A stretch of DNA of 64,000 bases, taken from assembly GCA_951812955.1 (NCBI GenBank), contig OX638340.1:128001-192000 (forward strand). Reading direction: 5' to 3'. A program made the translations under genes and the position numbers. The notes under the pieces were generated by a model. It was not told the origin of the DNA, searched no databases, and saw only the letters and a program-made list of their open reading frames with translations. Source of the stretch: an uncultured Gemmatimonadota bacterium (GTDB taxonomy: Bacteria; JAAXHH01). Below, in pieces: positions 1-10,327 of this stretch (its first letter is position 1; each line of letters begins with the position of its first letter).

Positions 1-1
1 C

Positions 2-658
2 GTACGTGGTGCGGGTGTGCTTGCCCAGAGTCCCATTCACCCGAATTTCGAGTTCAAGGGCGGCGACATGGGATTCGATTTCCGTCCGCGCGAAGCTCGC
101 GAACTGCTGCGTCTCCAGGGCTGGGAGGACAGCGACGGCGACGGGTTCCTCGACCGGCAAGGTCGTTCCCTCCGGTTCGAGCTGCTGTTCTCCAGGGGGC
201 AGACTTCCGCCGAGAAGACGGTGCGGGTCGTCAAACTGAACCTGAACCAAATCGGCATCCAGGTCGTTCCCGTGCCCGTTACACAGAAAGAACTGGTCCA
301 GCGGCTTGGTGTCGGCAGCTACGACGCTGCGCTGTTCGTACAGGACTTCGAACCCACAGCGGATGATCTCTACGCGGTCTTCCATTCGGAGAGCATCGGG
401 CTGGGGAATATGCTCGGATACCGGAACCGCCAGGTCGACCGCAATATCAGTTTCCTGTTCGGGCTGCCCGACCGGCAACGGGCCGGACCCGTCTTCCAGC
501 AGCTCGAGATGCTGTTGATTCGGGACCAGCCTTGCATGTTCCTCTATTTTGTCGACACCCGGTACGTCGCGTATGATCCCACCTTGAAAAACCTGGGCCG
601 CCCGGGTGAAGCGCTGCGGTCGCCCGCGGTCTGGTCCCGTACCGAATACTCCCCTTGA
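2..658 (+). CDS. ABC transporter substrate-binding protein, family 5 (peptide/nickel type), C-terminal fragment; the ORF is open to the window edge
   Basis: The reading frame is open from position 2. The translation resembles the C-terminal lobe of oligopeptide-binding proteins. The stop overlaps the next start (ATGA). Confidence 0.65.
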   Translation, partial: VRGAGVLAQSPIHPNFEFKGGDMGFDFRPREARELLRLQGWEDSDGDGFLDRQGRSLRFELLFSRGQTSAEKTVRVVKLNLNQIGIQVVPVPVTQKELVQRLGVGSYDAALFVQDFEPTADDLYAVFHSESIGLGNMLGYRNRQVDRNISFLFGLPDRQRAGPVFQQLEMLLIRDQPCMFLYFVDTRYVAYDPTLKNLGRPGEALRSPAVWSRTEYSP

Positions 659-2538
659 CGACGCGCAAATCCATGTTTCCCAGAAAGTTACGAGAAGGGC
701 TGTGGCCGCGGCTGCTCGTATCCCATATCGCGCTGGCCACCATTCCGGTGCTGATCGTCGGTCTGCTTCTGCTCGCGACGGCCCGTCGTTCGATCGAAGA
801 TACGGTGGCCGACGGCAATCTCGAGGTCGCGCGCAGGGCGAGTAACGAGATCCGGTTGTATATCGAACAGGCGCGGCGCGTGATCGACCAGGCCGCGGAC
901 AACATGGATATGATCGATGCAACGGACGCGGTGTACCAGAAGCTGATCGACAATCTGGTCATCCGGCAGGATTTCCTCAGCGAGCTGTCCGTGCTGGATC
1001 TGGCGGGGCGGGAGAAACTGACCACCCGCCTCGAAGGACCGTTGCGCGCGCGGCCGGACCTGGAACTCCCGGAGGACGGAGATCCCACGGTCTCCCCGGT
1101 GTTCATTTCAGACGATGGCCTGCCTGCGGTGACGATCTCCGTGCCCGTGCGGCGTTTAGGCGAGCACTCGGGATACCTTGCCGCGCGGGTGAACCTGAAG
1201 GACATGTGGGACCTGGTGGACAACATTAAACTGGGGGAGGGACAAAGGGAAGGCTTCGGCAACGCTTACGTCGCGTCCGGAAACGGGCGCCTGATCGCCC
1301 ATCCGGAACGGGACCGTGTATACCGTCAGGACGACCTGTCCGGTTCTCCCGTCGGCACGGCGCTGAGTGAACGGCAGAGCGGCGCGCTGGTCTACACCGG
1401 GCCGGCGGGTGAGATGGCCGCCGCTTTCGCGACCGTCGAACCGCTCGGGTGGAAGGTCGTCATCGAACAACCGGCCGCCAGCGCCTTCGCCCGGTCACGC
1501 GATATGATCCTGGGCATCAGCGTGCTCATGGCCATCAGCGCGGCGGTCGCATCCCTGATCGGTATTCTCGTCGTCCGGAAGATCGTCCGACCAATCTACG
1601 AACTGGTGCGCGGCGCGCAATTATTCGCGCAGGGCAGGTTGACCCATACCATTGAAACGCCGGGGCATGGAGAACTGACTGCGCTCGCGCGCGAGTTCAA
1701 CCAGATGGCCCGCGAGTTGATGGAGAAGGAACGCCGCCTGAAACAGGCCGAGCGCCTGGCTACCCTGAGCAAGTTTGCCACCATACTGTCTCACGAAATC
1801 CGCAACCCGCTTAATTCCATGATCATCAACCTCAGGATTCTCAAGCGGGACATGGAGAATCAGAACGGCGATCAACAAAACCGCGGCGGTCACTATGAAA
1901 AAGTAATATCGGAAATCTGGCGCATAGACAGTCTCGTCGAGAATTTCCTGAATTACGCCCGGCCGCCGGAACTGGCGCCTTACCCCCACGACATAAACGT
2001 GATCCTCGACGAGGTGATCGCGATCCACCAGGGTACGGCACAGGAAAGGGGCGTCCGGATCATTACCCGGTTCCGGGACGGCGAGCTGATGGTATCCGTC
2101 GACATCAACCAGATCAAGCAGGTGTTCTTGAACATCATGCTCAATGCATTCGATGCCATGGAGCACGGCGGTACGCTGACGATTTCCACGGAACGGGCGC
2201 CGCCCCGCAACAGTAGCGATCTGACCCTGGAAGCCGTCGGCGAAGTCCCCCATGTCATCATAAAATTCGAAGATACGGGAAGGGGTATTGATCCCGACCG
2301 GCTGGACCGTATATTCGAGGTGTACTACACGTCCAAGTCGACCGGGACGGGACTGGGCCTGCCCATCGCCCAGCAGATCGCGGAGAAGCACGGAGGCGGG
2401 ATCTCGGTCGAAAGCACGCCGGGCGAGGGGACGGCCTTTACGCTGGCCCTTCCGGCGCTGGGGGCGGATGCGGCAGGGCCCTCCACCGGACAACCTTCCG
2501 AAACCACAGGGACGGAGCAGCCCGGCCAGCGGGACTAG
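655..2538 (+). CDS. Sensor histidine kinase with a periplasmic Cache-like sensing domain, HAMP, HisKA and HATPase domains
   Basis: N-terminal TM helix, a periplasmic region and a second TM helix. H-box SHEIRNPLNSM. N, G1 and G2 boxes are present (EDTGRGID, TGLGLPI). 627 aa. Confidence 0.85.
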   Translation: MTTRKSMFPRKLREGLWPRLLVSHIALATIPVLIVGLLLLATARRSIEDTVADGNLEVARRASNEIRLYIEQARRVIDQAADNMDMIDATDAVYQKLIDNLVIRQDFLSELSVLDLAGREKLTTRLEGPLRARPDLELPEDGDPTVSPVFISDDGLPAVTISVPVRRLGEHSGYLAARVNLKDMWDLVDNIKLGEGQREGFGNAYVASGNGRLIAHPERDRVYRQDDLSGSPVGTALSERQSGALVYTGPAGEMAAAFATVEPLGWKVVIEQPAASAFARSRDMILGISVLMAISAAVASLIGILVVRKIVRPIYELVRGAQLFAQGRLTHTIETPGHGELTALAREFNQMARELMEKERRLKQAERLATLSKFATILSHEIRNPLNSMIINLRILKRDMENQNGDQQNRGGHYEKVISEIWRIDSLVENFLNYARPPELAPYPHDINVILDEVIAIHQGTAQERGVRIITRFRDGELMVSVDINQIKQVFLNIMLNAFDAMEHGGTLTISTERAPPRNSSDLTLEAVGEVPHVIIKFEDTGRGIDPDRLDRIFEVYYTSKSTGTGLGLPIAQQIAEKHGGGISVESTPGEGTAFTLALPALGADAAGPSTGQPSETTGTEQPGQRD

Positions 2539-2556
2539 TCGAAACAGGGGTATTTA

Positions 2557-3906
2557 ATGGAACGCATCCTGATCGCGGAAGACGACCGGAACACCCGGGA
2601 AGGACTGGTGGAACTGCTATCGGGCGAGGGGTACGAAGTGACGGGTGTGGCGGACGGTGAGCAGGCCTATGAAACGGCCCGGAACGACCGATTCGACGTT
2701 TTGCTCACAGATATGAAAATGCCACGGATCAACGGACTAAACCTGATCAAGCGCATGACCGGCACCTCTCCGGAGACGAGTATCATCATGATGACGGCCT
2801 TCGCCACGGTCGAGACGGCTGTAAAGGCCATGCGCGACGGCGCCTTTTCCTACCTGACCAAGCCGGTCAAGGTCGAGGAACTGCTCGCCACCATCGAAGG
2901 GGCGCTGCAGGAGAAGAAGAACAAGCGGCGCGCTGAAGGGTCGCCCGGGTCTTCGTCCATCCCCGATCCGGACATCATTGGCGAAAGCGTCCAGATCAGA
3001 GGTATTTTCGATCGGGTGGACAAGGTCGCCAGGGCCAATACCACGGTCCTGCTGCTTGGCGAGAGCGGTACGGGCAAGAGCCTGATCGCCCGGGCGATAC
3101 ACGCCAGGAGCTTTCGAAAGGACCGGCCGTTCGTGGATGTGAGTTGCGCCTCGATTCCTGAAAGCCTGCTTGAAAGCGAACTCTTTGGTACCGAAAAAGG
3201 GGCGTACACCGGTGCGCTCAGCACGACGCGCAAGGGGTACTTCGAGCGAGCGGCCGGAGGAACGATATTTCTGGACGAAATCGGCGAAATAACCGGTAGC
3301 GTTCAGGTTAAGCTGCTGCGCGTACTGCAGGAACGCCGGTTCGAAAGACTCGGCGGAACCGAACCGCTGAATATCGACGTCCGCGTGATCGCGGCCACCA
3401 ACCGGAACCTGGAGGACGCGGTTACGGAAGGGCGTTACCGGCAGGATCTCTACTACCGCTTGAACGTCATCCCCATTCTCGTTCCTCCCCTGCGCGAGCA
3501 TCCGGACGACATCCCGCCCCTCATCGACTATTTCATCCGGAAATACACGCGGGAGAACGGGCTCGAAGACAAATACATCACCGACGACGCCCTGGAGATC
3601 TGCACGAAGTACGACTGGCCCGGAAACATCAGGGAAGTGGAGAACGCCATCGAAAGCGCCGTAGTATTGAGTGACGGCGAACGCATCCTGCCGGAACATC
3701 TGCCCGATTTCCACCATGCTCCGGCGGCCGTTTCAAGCGCGGGGCCCGTACAGGGTACGCTCAAGGACACCAGGGGACAGGCGGAGAAACGCCTCATTCA
3801 ACAGGCGCTGCTGGAGTCGGGCGGCAATCGAACGCGCGCGGCGGAAGCCCTCGGGGTGACGGTCAGGACCATCCAGTACAAGATCAAGAAATACGATCTT
3901 CAGTGA
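2557..3906 (+). CDS. Sigma54-dependent response regulator (NtrC family): REC, AAA+ and Fis-type HTH domains
   Basis: REC domain (DD..LTDMKMP). Walker A GESGTGKS and the GAFTGA-like ESELFG motif. C-terminal HTH. RBS AGGGG lies upstream of the ATG at 2557. Confidence 0.9.
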   Translation: MERILIAEDDRNTREGLVELLSGEGYEVTGVADGEQAYETARNDRFDVLLTDMKMPRINGLNLIKRMTGTSPETSIIMMTAFATVETAVKAMRDGAFSYLTKPVKVEELLATIEGALQEKKNKRRAEGSPGSSSIPDPDIIGESVQIRGIFDRVDKVARANTTVLLLGESGTGKSLIARAIHARSFRKDRPFVDVSCASIPESLLESELFGTEKGAYTGALSTTRKGYFERAAGGTIFLDEIGEITGSVQVKLLRVLQERRFERLGGTEPLNIDVRVIAATNRNLEDAVTEGRYRQDLYYRLNVIPILVPPLREHPDDIPPLIDYFIRKYTRENGLEDKYITDDALEICTKYDWPGNIREVENAIESAVVLSDGERILPEHLPDFHHAPAAVSSAGPVQGTLKDTRGQAEKRLIQQALLESGGNRTRAAEALGVTVRTIQYKIKKYDLQ

Positions 3907-3967
3907 CGAACCTTCCGGAGGGACGCCATCCGTCGACCGGGATAGCGCTTACAGTCGGTACCGGGTA

Positions 3968-4864
3968 ATGGAATCGAAAACCCTCGCCGTATCCGTCGTG
4001 ATGCCCACGTATAATCGTGAGGAAAGACTGCCGGCGGCGATCCGTTCCGTCCTGGAGCAGTCGTCGCCGCCGTCGGAGATCGTCGTGATCGACGATGGTT
4101 CGACAGACGCGACTCCGGCTCTCATGGAGCGATTTCCAGACGAATTTGCCTCGGAGGGAACTCCGGAAGTACGGTACATCCGGCAGGAAAACCAGGGCGT
4201 CAGCGTGGCCAGGAACCACGGCATCCGCGCTGCGAAGCACGATTGGATCGCCTTTCTCGACTCGGACGACGAATGGCTTCCCCACAAGCTGGAGAAGCAG
4301 TGCCGCGCCCTTGCACGCGAGCCGGGATTCCGGTTCTGCCATACCGACGAAATCTGGATCCGCAAGGGCAGGCGGGTCAATCCCATGAAGAAGCATGCCA
4401 AGTCCGGGGGCCGAATCTTCAACCAGTGTCTGCCCCTGTGCGTCATCTCCCCTTCTTCGGCGCTGATACATCGAACCCTGTTCGATCGCTACGGCATGTT
4501 CGATCCGGAACTGCCGGTGTGCGAAGACTACGACCTGTGGCTGCGCATCTGTGCGCGTGAACCCGTACTCTATATCGACGAACCCCTGCTGAAGAAGTTC
4601 GGCGGCCATGATGACCAGTTGTCGCGCCGTTACTGGGGCATGGACCGTTTCCGCATCCGTGCGCTGGAGAAGCTGATTCAAAGCGGCATACTGGAAGGAG
4701 ATGCACTGTCCGCCGCGCTGGATACCCTATACCGGAAAATCGACATTTACGTTGCCGGCGCGGAGAAGCGACGCAAATTCGAGGAAGCCGACCGCTACAG
4801 GGACAGGAAACGTCAATTCAAACAGCAATTTGAAGCATGCTACGACGGGACATCGGACGGCTGA
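3968..4864 (+). CDS. Family 2 glycosyltransferase
   Basis: N-terminal VVMPTYNRE...IVVIDDGSTD and the DSDDE motif typical of the GT2 fold. Confidence 0.75.
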   Translation: MESKTLAVSVVMPTYNREERLPAAIRSVLEQSSPPSEIVVIDDGSTDATPALMERFPDEFASEGTPEVRYIRQENQGVSVARNHGIRAAKHDWIAFLDSDDEWLPHKLEKQCRALAREPGFRFCHTDEIWIRKGRRVNPMKKHAKSGGRIFNQCLPLCVISPSSALIHRTLFDRYGMFDPELPVCEDYDLWLRICAREPVLYIDEPLLKKFGGHDDQLSRRYWGMDRFRIRALEKLIQSGILEGDALSAALDTLYRKIDIYVAGAEKRRKFEEADRYRDRKRQFKQQFEACYDGTSDG

Positions 4865-5112
4865 CTATACGCAAAACCTTTCACATCGTTCTGAAGGGGT
4901 TTTCCTGTTATTGCCCGAGACTCGCGCGGTTCGGTCCCTGAATTCCTGTTGTTTGGCCGGTCCGGGCCGAAAACACCGGTCCTGAATACCTGTCGGCATG
5001 TTATTTGCGAACTTTTATGATTACGGGTGATCTTTAATAGACGCGTACTGGCCATTACGCTATGTCGCGGGTACTGCGCACCCGGGTCCGTTTTGCCTGT
5101 TGATTGGGAGAG

Positions 5113-7719
5113 ATGATGAAGCGCCTCGCTACGCTGTTCATCCTTTACTGCGGTCTTGCTTCGTTTTCGGCGCATGCGGCTACCTCCGGCAAAGTCACGG
5201 GATTCGTCCGGGACGCGGCGACCAACGATCCGCTGGCGGGTGTCACGGTTCGCGCCGAAGGTACCGAATTGCGGGCCATATCCGGCTTGAACGGCGAGTA
5301 TTTCATCCTCAACGTTCCAGTAGGCTCCATCCGGCTCGAAGTCCAGATGATCGGTTACCTGCCAATCCGGACACAGGAGTTTACCGTTAACAGCGATCGC
5401 ACCACGCGGATCGATTTCGAACTGGAAACGACGATACTCGACCTGGCAGAGCCCGTTGCCATCACCGCGCCGAGGACCTCGATCCGGTCGGACCTGACCG
5501 CTTCGAGTGAAGTGATCGTTCCCCGTGAAATCGAGTCTCTGCCCGTAACGGATCTGTCGGACCTCATCTTTCTGCAGAACGGGGTGGTCCGGGATGCCGA
5601 AGGGAACCTGCACGTTAGAGGCGGCCGCGGGAACGAGATCTCCTATTACGTGGACGGAGCCACCCTGGAGGATCCCCTGCTGGGCGGCATGGGAACGCAT
5701 ATTCAGCTAGGCTCGGTCGAGGAACTGGTAATCAACCGGGGCGGTTTCAACGCGCAGTACGGGGAGGCCATGTCCGGTGTCGTCAATATCGTGACCCGCG
5801 AGGGAAGCGGTTCCCTGTCTGGTACCCTCAGGGCCGCGACGGCCATGCAGTCTCAATACGACCTGGCGTCGGGAGGCTTCGGCGAAACTTCGGCGGGAAG
5901 AGGTGGGCGCCTCGAGGGAATACTGAGCGGCGCGCTGCCCTGGCTCAAAGACCGTGGCGGTTACTTTCTTTCCGGCCAGGTATTGAGCGACGGGCACCAT
6001 ATCCCGCACAACAGCCGATCTCTGGCCACGGTGGCGGGCAACCTAGTGTTCAAACCCTATCCCCTAATGAAACTGAAGGTCAGCGGGCATTACTTCCGTC
6101 AGCGCCATCTTCAGTACGACCACCGCAATGAAAATGGACTATCCTACGATTTCAACCCGGACGGGCTGCCCGAACGACAGGCCCGGAGCCACGCGCTTAA
6201 CCTGTCCGTCAGCCAGAACATCAGCCCGCGTTTCTTCTATACTGCCCGGTTCTACAGGTATTCCACCAACAGCACGCTGCTCCCCTCCATGCTTACGGAC
6301 CGGTATTGGACGCAGTGGCCGGGCTACTCGCAAAACAGTCTCGGCGAGTACGACGGATCGATCTATGAATCCACCCAACTGCCCTCGGAACGATACGAGG
6401 GACTTCCCTTTACCGCTGCAGGCGATTTCTTCCCGCTCTACCGGGATACCCGGGCTACGTACCACGGGGTCCGGGCCGACCTGAGCGGTCAGATAACCTA
6501 TTGGAGCCAGATCCGGGCGGGCGCCGAAGCGCAGTGGTACCGGCTGAACTGGGACGAGAGGTCCTTTCTTCAGGCCGCGCCGCACGGCCAGAGATACTCC
6601 GTCAATCCCGTGGAAGGCGCGCTTTACTTTCAGAACAAGCTTGAAATGAGCAGGTTGATCGTCGACGCCGGACTCCGGGTGGACTACCTGGACACGAGCC
6701 AGCGGTTTTTTGTCGATCTGCCCACGGGCCAGGCGGAGCGAAGAGACAACTCGACCAAGATCCGGCTGAGTCCCCGGCTCGGTGTTTCCCACTCATTTAC
6801 GCCACGGAGCCTGCTCCGGTTCAATTACGGTTACTTCTACCAGCCGCCCGAGTTCCGGCTCGCTTACGCGAACTTGAGACGCGACTTCAGCGGAGATTCC
6901 CCGCGGCTGGGAAACCCGGACCTTGCGCCCCAGAAGACGGTGGCCTATGAGTTCGGGCTGGAGCATATGCTTACAGGGGACGTCCGCATCGGGTTTACGG
7001 CGTCCTACAAGACCATTTCCAACCTGACCTCGACGGCACAGGTCCAGTACCCCGGTGGGATGTATTACATCTTCAACAACGCGGACTTCGGCTCCGTGCG
7101 CAGCGTCGAACTGATCGTGAAACGGGACGTGTCGCGCGTGCTTTCCGGGTCCTTCAACTACACCTATTCCATCGCCCGGGGAAGCGCTTCGTCGCCCCAG
7201 GAGCACGCGCAGCAGGCCGATACCGGCGAGAGAGGCTATTTCCCGCTCGCTTTCGACCAGCGGCATACTGCGAAAGCCGTGATGAGCCTGCTTGCGCCCG
7301 AGACCATCCAGCGGCGCATCCTGGGCGTTCCGCTCAACGGATGGGGGTTGTCTATGATCGGCTACTTCGGCAGCGGCCTGCCGTACACGCCGACCAACAC
7401 CTTGCGCGAAAGTACGGCAACCGCACGGAACCAGGCGCGCCTGCCGGCCTTTGTCAATCTTGATCTCCGCGTTAAAAAGCGTTTCAAGGCCGGCGGATTC
7501 AGTTACACGCTGTTCTCGGAGGTCCGGAACGTGTTCGATCGCCGGAATGTCGTAAGCGTTTATGCCAACACGGGACGTCCGGGGGACGACGGATACACCC
7601 TGGAATCATTCTCGGGCCGTTCGGAGGAGTTTATCCGGTTGAGGCGCCTGTTGAGCCTGGATCCCCAACAGTACGCCCCACCCCGAGAAATCCGCATGGG
7701 TTTCGAAATAGGCTTCTGA
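5113..7719 (+). CDS. TonB-dependent outer-membrane receptor with an N-terminal carboxypeptidase-regulatory-like domain
   Basis: Signal peptide. CarbopepD_reg-like region (GKVTGFVRDAATNDPLAGVTV). Plug and beta-barrel regions. C-terminal aromatic residue (…EIGF). The ORF opens with TTG at 5104; ATG at 5113 or 5116 is the more likely start. Confidence 0.8.
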   Translation: MMKRLATLFILYCGLASFSAHAATSGKVTGFVRDAATNDPLAGVTVRAEGTELRAISGLNGEYFILNVPVGSIRLEVQMIGYLPIRTQEFTVNSDRTTRIDFELETTILDLAEPVAITAPRTSIRSDLTASSEVIVPREIESLPVTDLSDLIFLQNGVVRDAEGNLHVRGGRGNEISYYVDGATLEDPLLGGMGTHIQLGSVEELVINRGGFNAQYGEAMSGVVNIVTREGSGSLSGTLRAATAMQSQYDLASGGFGETSAGRGGRLEGILSGALPWLKDRGGYFLSGQVLSDGHHIPHNSRSLATVAGNLVFKPYPLMKLKVSGHYFRQRHLQYDHRNENGLSYDFNPDGLPERQARSHALNLSVSQNISPRFFYTARFYRYSTNSTLLPSMLTDRYWTQWPGYSQNSLGEYDGSIYESTQLPSERYEGLPFTAAGDFFPLYRDTRATYHGVRADLSGQITYWSQIRAGAEAQWYRLNWDERSFLQAAPHGQRYSVNPVEGALYFQNKLEMSRLIVDAGLRVDYLDTSQRFFVDLPTGQAERRDNSTKIRLSPRLGVSHSFTPRSLLRFNYGYFYQPPEFRLAYANLRRDFSGDSPRLGNPDLAPQKTVAYEFGLEHMLTGDVRIGFTASYKTISNLTSTAQVQYPGGMYYIFNNADFGSVRSVELIVKRDVSRVLSGSFNYTYSIARGSASSPQEHAQQADTGERGYFPLAFDQRHTAKAVMSLLAPETIQRRILGVPLNGWGLSMIGYFGSGLPYTPTNTLRESTATARNQARLPAFVNLDLRVKKRFKAGGFSYTLFSEVRNVFDRRNVVSVYANTGRPGDDGYTLESFSGRSEEFIRLRRLLSLDPQQYAPPREIRMGFEIGF

Positions 7720-7729
7720 TTTTTCGACC

Positions 7730-8131
7730 TTAGAGCGGTTTCGCTCGCTGCACCAGTTGCAGCGGAGCCCCTTCCGGATCGCGGAAGAAAAGCAGGATGT
7801 TCTCTCCCGCCCTCGCTGGCGGACCTTCCAGTTTCACACCCTTCGATTCGAGTACGGCGACGGCTTCGTCCATGTCATCCACGTTAAAGGCAAGATGAAC
7901 GTGGGCGGTTCGGATGTCGGCGAGTTGCGTGTCATCGTCACCGGGCATGGGGATGATCTCGATGTGTCCCGTTCCTCTGGGATCCCGGATGAAGTAGATA
8001 TTCGCGTCGTTCCCGGGATTATTGAATCTGAGCGCGATCTCGAAGCCCAGCACGTCGCAATACCACTTTGCCGCGGCGTCCGTGTCCCGGTAGGCCACGG
8101 CCACGTGTTCCAGTGAATGAATCTTTACCAA
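7730..8131 (-). CDS. VOC (glyoxalase/bleomycin-resistance/dioxygenase) family protein
   Basis: 133-aa protein with the glyoxalase-like beta-alpha-beta-beta-beta pattern (HVAVAY.D...A..WY.DVLGF). Confidence 0.65.
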   Translation of the reverse strand: MVKIHSLEHVAVAYRDTDAAAKWYCDVLGFEIALRFNNPGNDANIYFIRDPRGTGHIEIIPMPGDDDTQLADIRTAHVHLAFNVDDMDEAVAVLESKGVKLEGPPARAGENILLFFRDPEGAPLQLVQRAKPL

Positions 8132-8149
8132 GGCAATGCTCCTTCCTGT

Positions 8150-10216
8150 TCAGGTATGATCTGTAATCCGCCGCAATCTGAGCGTTCCCGACCAGGGGTC
8201 GATTACGACGGGACTCAACACGATTTCTTCACCGGGTGAAGGCCTCCCCTCCACCTTGACCGCCATGCGCGATCCGTAATCAGGAAATTCGACAAGGACG
8301 TTCCGCTCCCTCGTTTCGAGTACGGTCGCCCGGATTCGGACGTCCTTGCGCTGCTCCAGGTACTTCAGGAGCCAGTACCATTCCCTCCGGGCCTGTATCT
8401 TGTTCAGGATCCTGCTGCGTTCCAGGGCGGACAATTCGTCCATCATTTCACTGGCGTTGTAAGCCGGGGAGCCGTCCGCCAGGGCCGCCCGCAACTGCCG
8501 CTGATGGACCAGGTCCGCATAGCGGCGGATCGGCGACGTGACCTGGCAGTAGGTATCTACGCCAAGCGTGGCGTGCGGCCTGGACTTCAGGCTCAGTTCA
8601 AGCGGTTTCATCCTTCTCAGCACCTGGAAGCGCCAGACCGCGTCGCGTTCCGCCTGCTCAAGGTCGCCCAGATCGGTCTCTGGCTGGGTACGAAAAATCG
8701 CGGGCATGTCGCGGCCGTTCAGGTACGCCGCGGCAGTCCAATTGGCGAGGATCATCAACTCCGATACGATGTGCTCGGAACGGGTGGAAGTGTCCCGGTT
8801 CACGATCCGGATGCGTTTCTCGCCGTCGACCTTGATCATGACTACACTGCGTTCCAGATCGACCGCGCCCTGGTCGATGCGCCGCTGGTAGAAAACGTCA
8901 ACCGCCTGGTTCAGGATCTGCAGCACTTCGGCGTACGGTTGCTCAATCGTTCCCAGCAGTCGGTTGGCTTCGTCGTAGGACATTCTCGCACGGTTGACGA
9001 TCACGGAAGGCACGATCCGGGATTCCAGCAATTCGAAGCCGGATGACAGCGAGAATAGGAAACTGATGGCGCAACGCCTTTCACCTTCGAGCAACGCGCA
9101 GTGGCCCTGGGAAAGGTTGGCGGGCAGCATGGGGACGTGCCGGTCCGGCAGATAAAGGGAGGACATCCGTTCCCGGGCCGCGAGGTCCAGGACCGAATCC
9201 CGAGGCACGAGGTCGGCCACGTCGGTGATATGCACGCCGATCCGGTATCCGTCCGCGGTGCGTTCCGCGGAAATGGCGTCGTCCATATCCTGGGTTGACG
9301 CGTCGTCTATCGACAGGATCGGCAATCCGGTCAGGTCTTCCCGGCCTACTTCCGAAGACCGACAGGAAGCGGTGAATGCGAGCACCTCTTCTGAGAACTC
9401 GGTCGGTATCTCGTAACGCAGCAGATCGAGATGTTGATCTTCGTCCCAGAACCCCTTGCGTACCATGACATCGAAGATGGATCGTTGCGGGTCGCCTCCC
9501 GCCAGGGTGGGTATTTCCTTAAGCAGGGAACGCACTTTTTCGATCGCAGTGTATTCGTCGCCCTGAATGACGTACTCCCGGAGATGGGATAGCCAGCGTT
9601 TCTGCCGGTTCGTCAGGGAGTGCAGGTCCTGCCGCGTATCGTCCGCGAACCAGCGGTTGAATCCTTCCCGCTCGGTCTCCACGGCCTGCTGGCGCGCTTC
9701 TTGATCGCGGATGTTGTTGACCTGGTCGGATGAGCGGGACCTGAAGCCGTTGTCCCCTTCGGAGAAGTAGAGGCACTGGCGGCTTAGATGCAGATGCATG
9801 GCCGCCCGTTGCTCCGGCGAGCCGGGTTCGCCCCAGTACAGTTCGCCGATGTCCTCCGAAGTATAGACGGCGGGATCGTCCTTCAGGACCTCCCATACTT
9901 CTTCCAGGTCGAAGGATCCGGCCTGTTCTTCGATATTTCGCCGGACTTCCAGCATTTCGGCCAGGTCGCGCACCCGGATTTCAGTGTACCGTACGATCGG
10001 GTCCGTCGAGATGTCCATGACCCGGTTGGCGGAGGTCGCCACCTTGAATTTTTTCCTGGAAACGGCCTGCAGCATGCCTATTTGAATGTCCCCGCGATGG
10101 CGGAAGATGATCAGATCGCCTGTATGCACCGATTGCCCTTTTCTACACGGATGAGACCGGGTGAATCTGCGGGGATTCGATCCATTTATCCTGTGTCTGG
10201 ACCGGGTCGAAGTCAA
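8150..10216 (-). CDS. rnr: Ribonuclease R / RNase II-family 3'-5' exoribonuclease
   Basis: RNB catalytic domain motifs (DDAIS...; VTSPIRRYADLVHQRQL). OB/cold-shock-like N-terminus and S1-like C-terminus. Confidence 0.85.
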   Translation of the reverse strand: MTSTRSRHRINGSNPRRFTRSHPCRKGQSVHTGDLIIFRHRGDIQIGMLQAVSRKKFKVATSANRVMDISTDPIVRYTEIRVRDLAEMLEVRRNIEEQAGSFDLEEVWEVLKDDPAVYTSEDIGELYWGEPGSPEQRAAMHLHLSRQCLYFSEGDNGFRSRSSDQVNNIRDQEARQQAVETEREGFNRWFADDTRQDLHSLTNRQKRWLSHLREYVIQGDEYTAIEKVRSLLKEIPTLAGGDPQRSIFDVMVRKGFWDEDQHLDLLRYEIPTEFSEEVLAFTASCRSSEVGREDLTGLPILSIDDASTQDMDDAISAERTADGYRIGVHITDVADLVPRDSVLDLAARERMSSLYLPDRHVPMLPANLSQGHCALLEGERRCAISFLFSLSSGFELLESRIVPSVIVNRARMSYDEANRLLGTIEQPYAEVLQILNQAVDVFYQRRIDQGAVDLERSVVMIKVDGEKRIRIVNRDTSTRSEHIVSELMILANWTAAAYLNGRDMPAIFRTQPETDLGDLEQAERDAVWRFQVLRRMKPLELSLKSRPHATLGVDTYCQVTSPIRRYADLVHQRQLRAALADGSPAYNASEMMDELSALERSRILNKIQARREWYWLLKYLEQRKDVRIRATVLETRERNVLVEFPDYGSRMAVKVEGRPSPGEEIVLSPVVIDPWSGTLRLRRITDHT

Positions 10217-10244
10217 GGGATTTCACGGGTGGAAAGTATGCGGG

Positions 10245-10273
10245 TTGACTTCGCTCCGGCTATGGGATATCAT
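10245..10273 (+). promoter_or_regulatory. Candidate sigma70-type promoter for the MBL-fold hydrolase gene
   Basis: TTGACT at 10245-10250, a 17-nt spacer, then TATCAT at 10268-10273, about 55 nt upstream of the ATG at 10328. Confidence 0.4.
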
Positions 10274-10327
10274 GCGTTGAGTTGAATCGCGACAGACTGT
10301 TTTTCAGACGAATCGAAAGGGTCAAAG

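Noticed and set aside
447-3717. Minus-strand ORFs 447..1262, 1621..2493 and 2737..3717, antisense to the kinase and regulator genes
   Set aside because: They sit opposite genes with unambiguous HisKA/HATPase and AAA+ motifs. Their translations are low-complexity and lack start-site signals.
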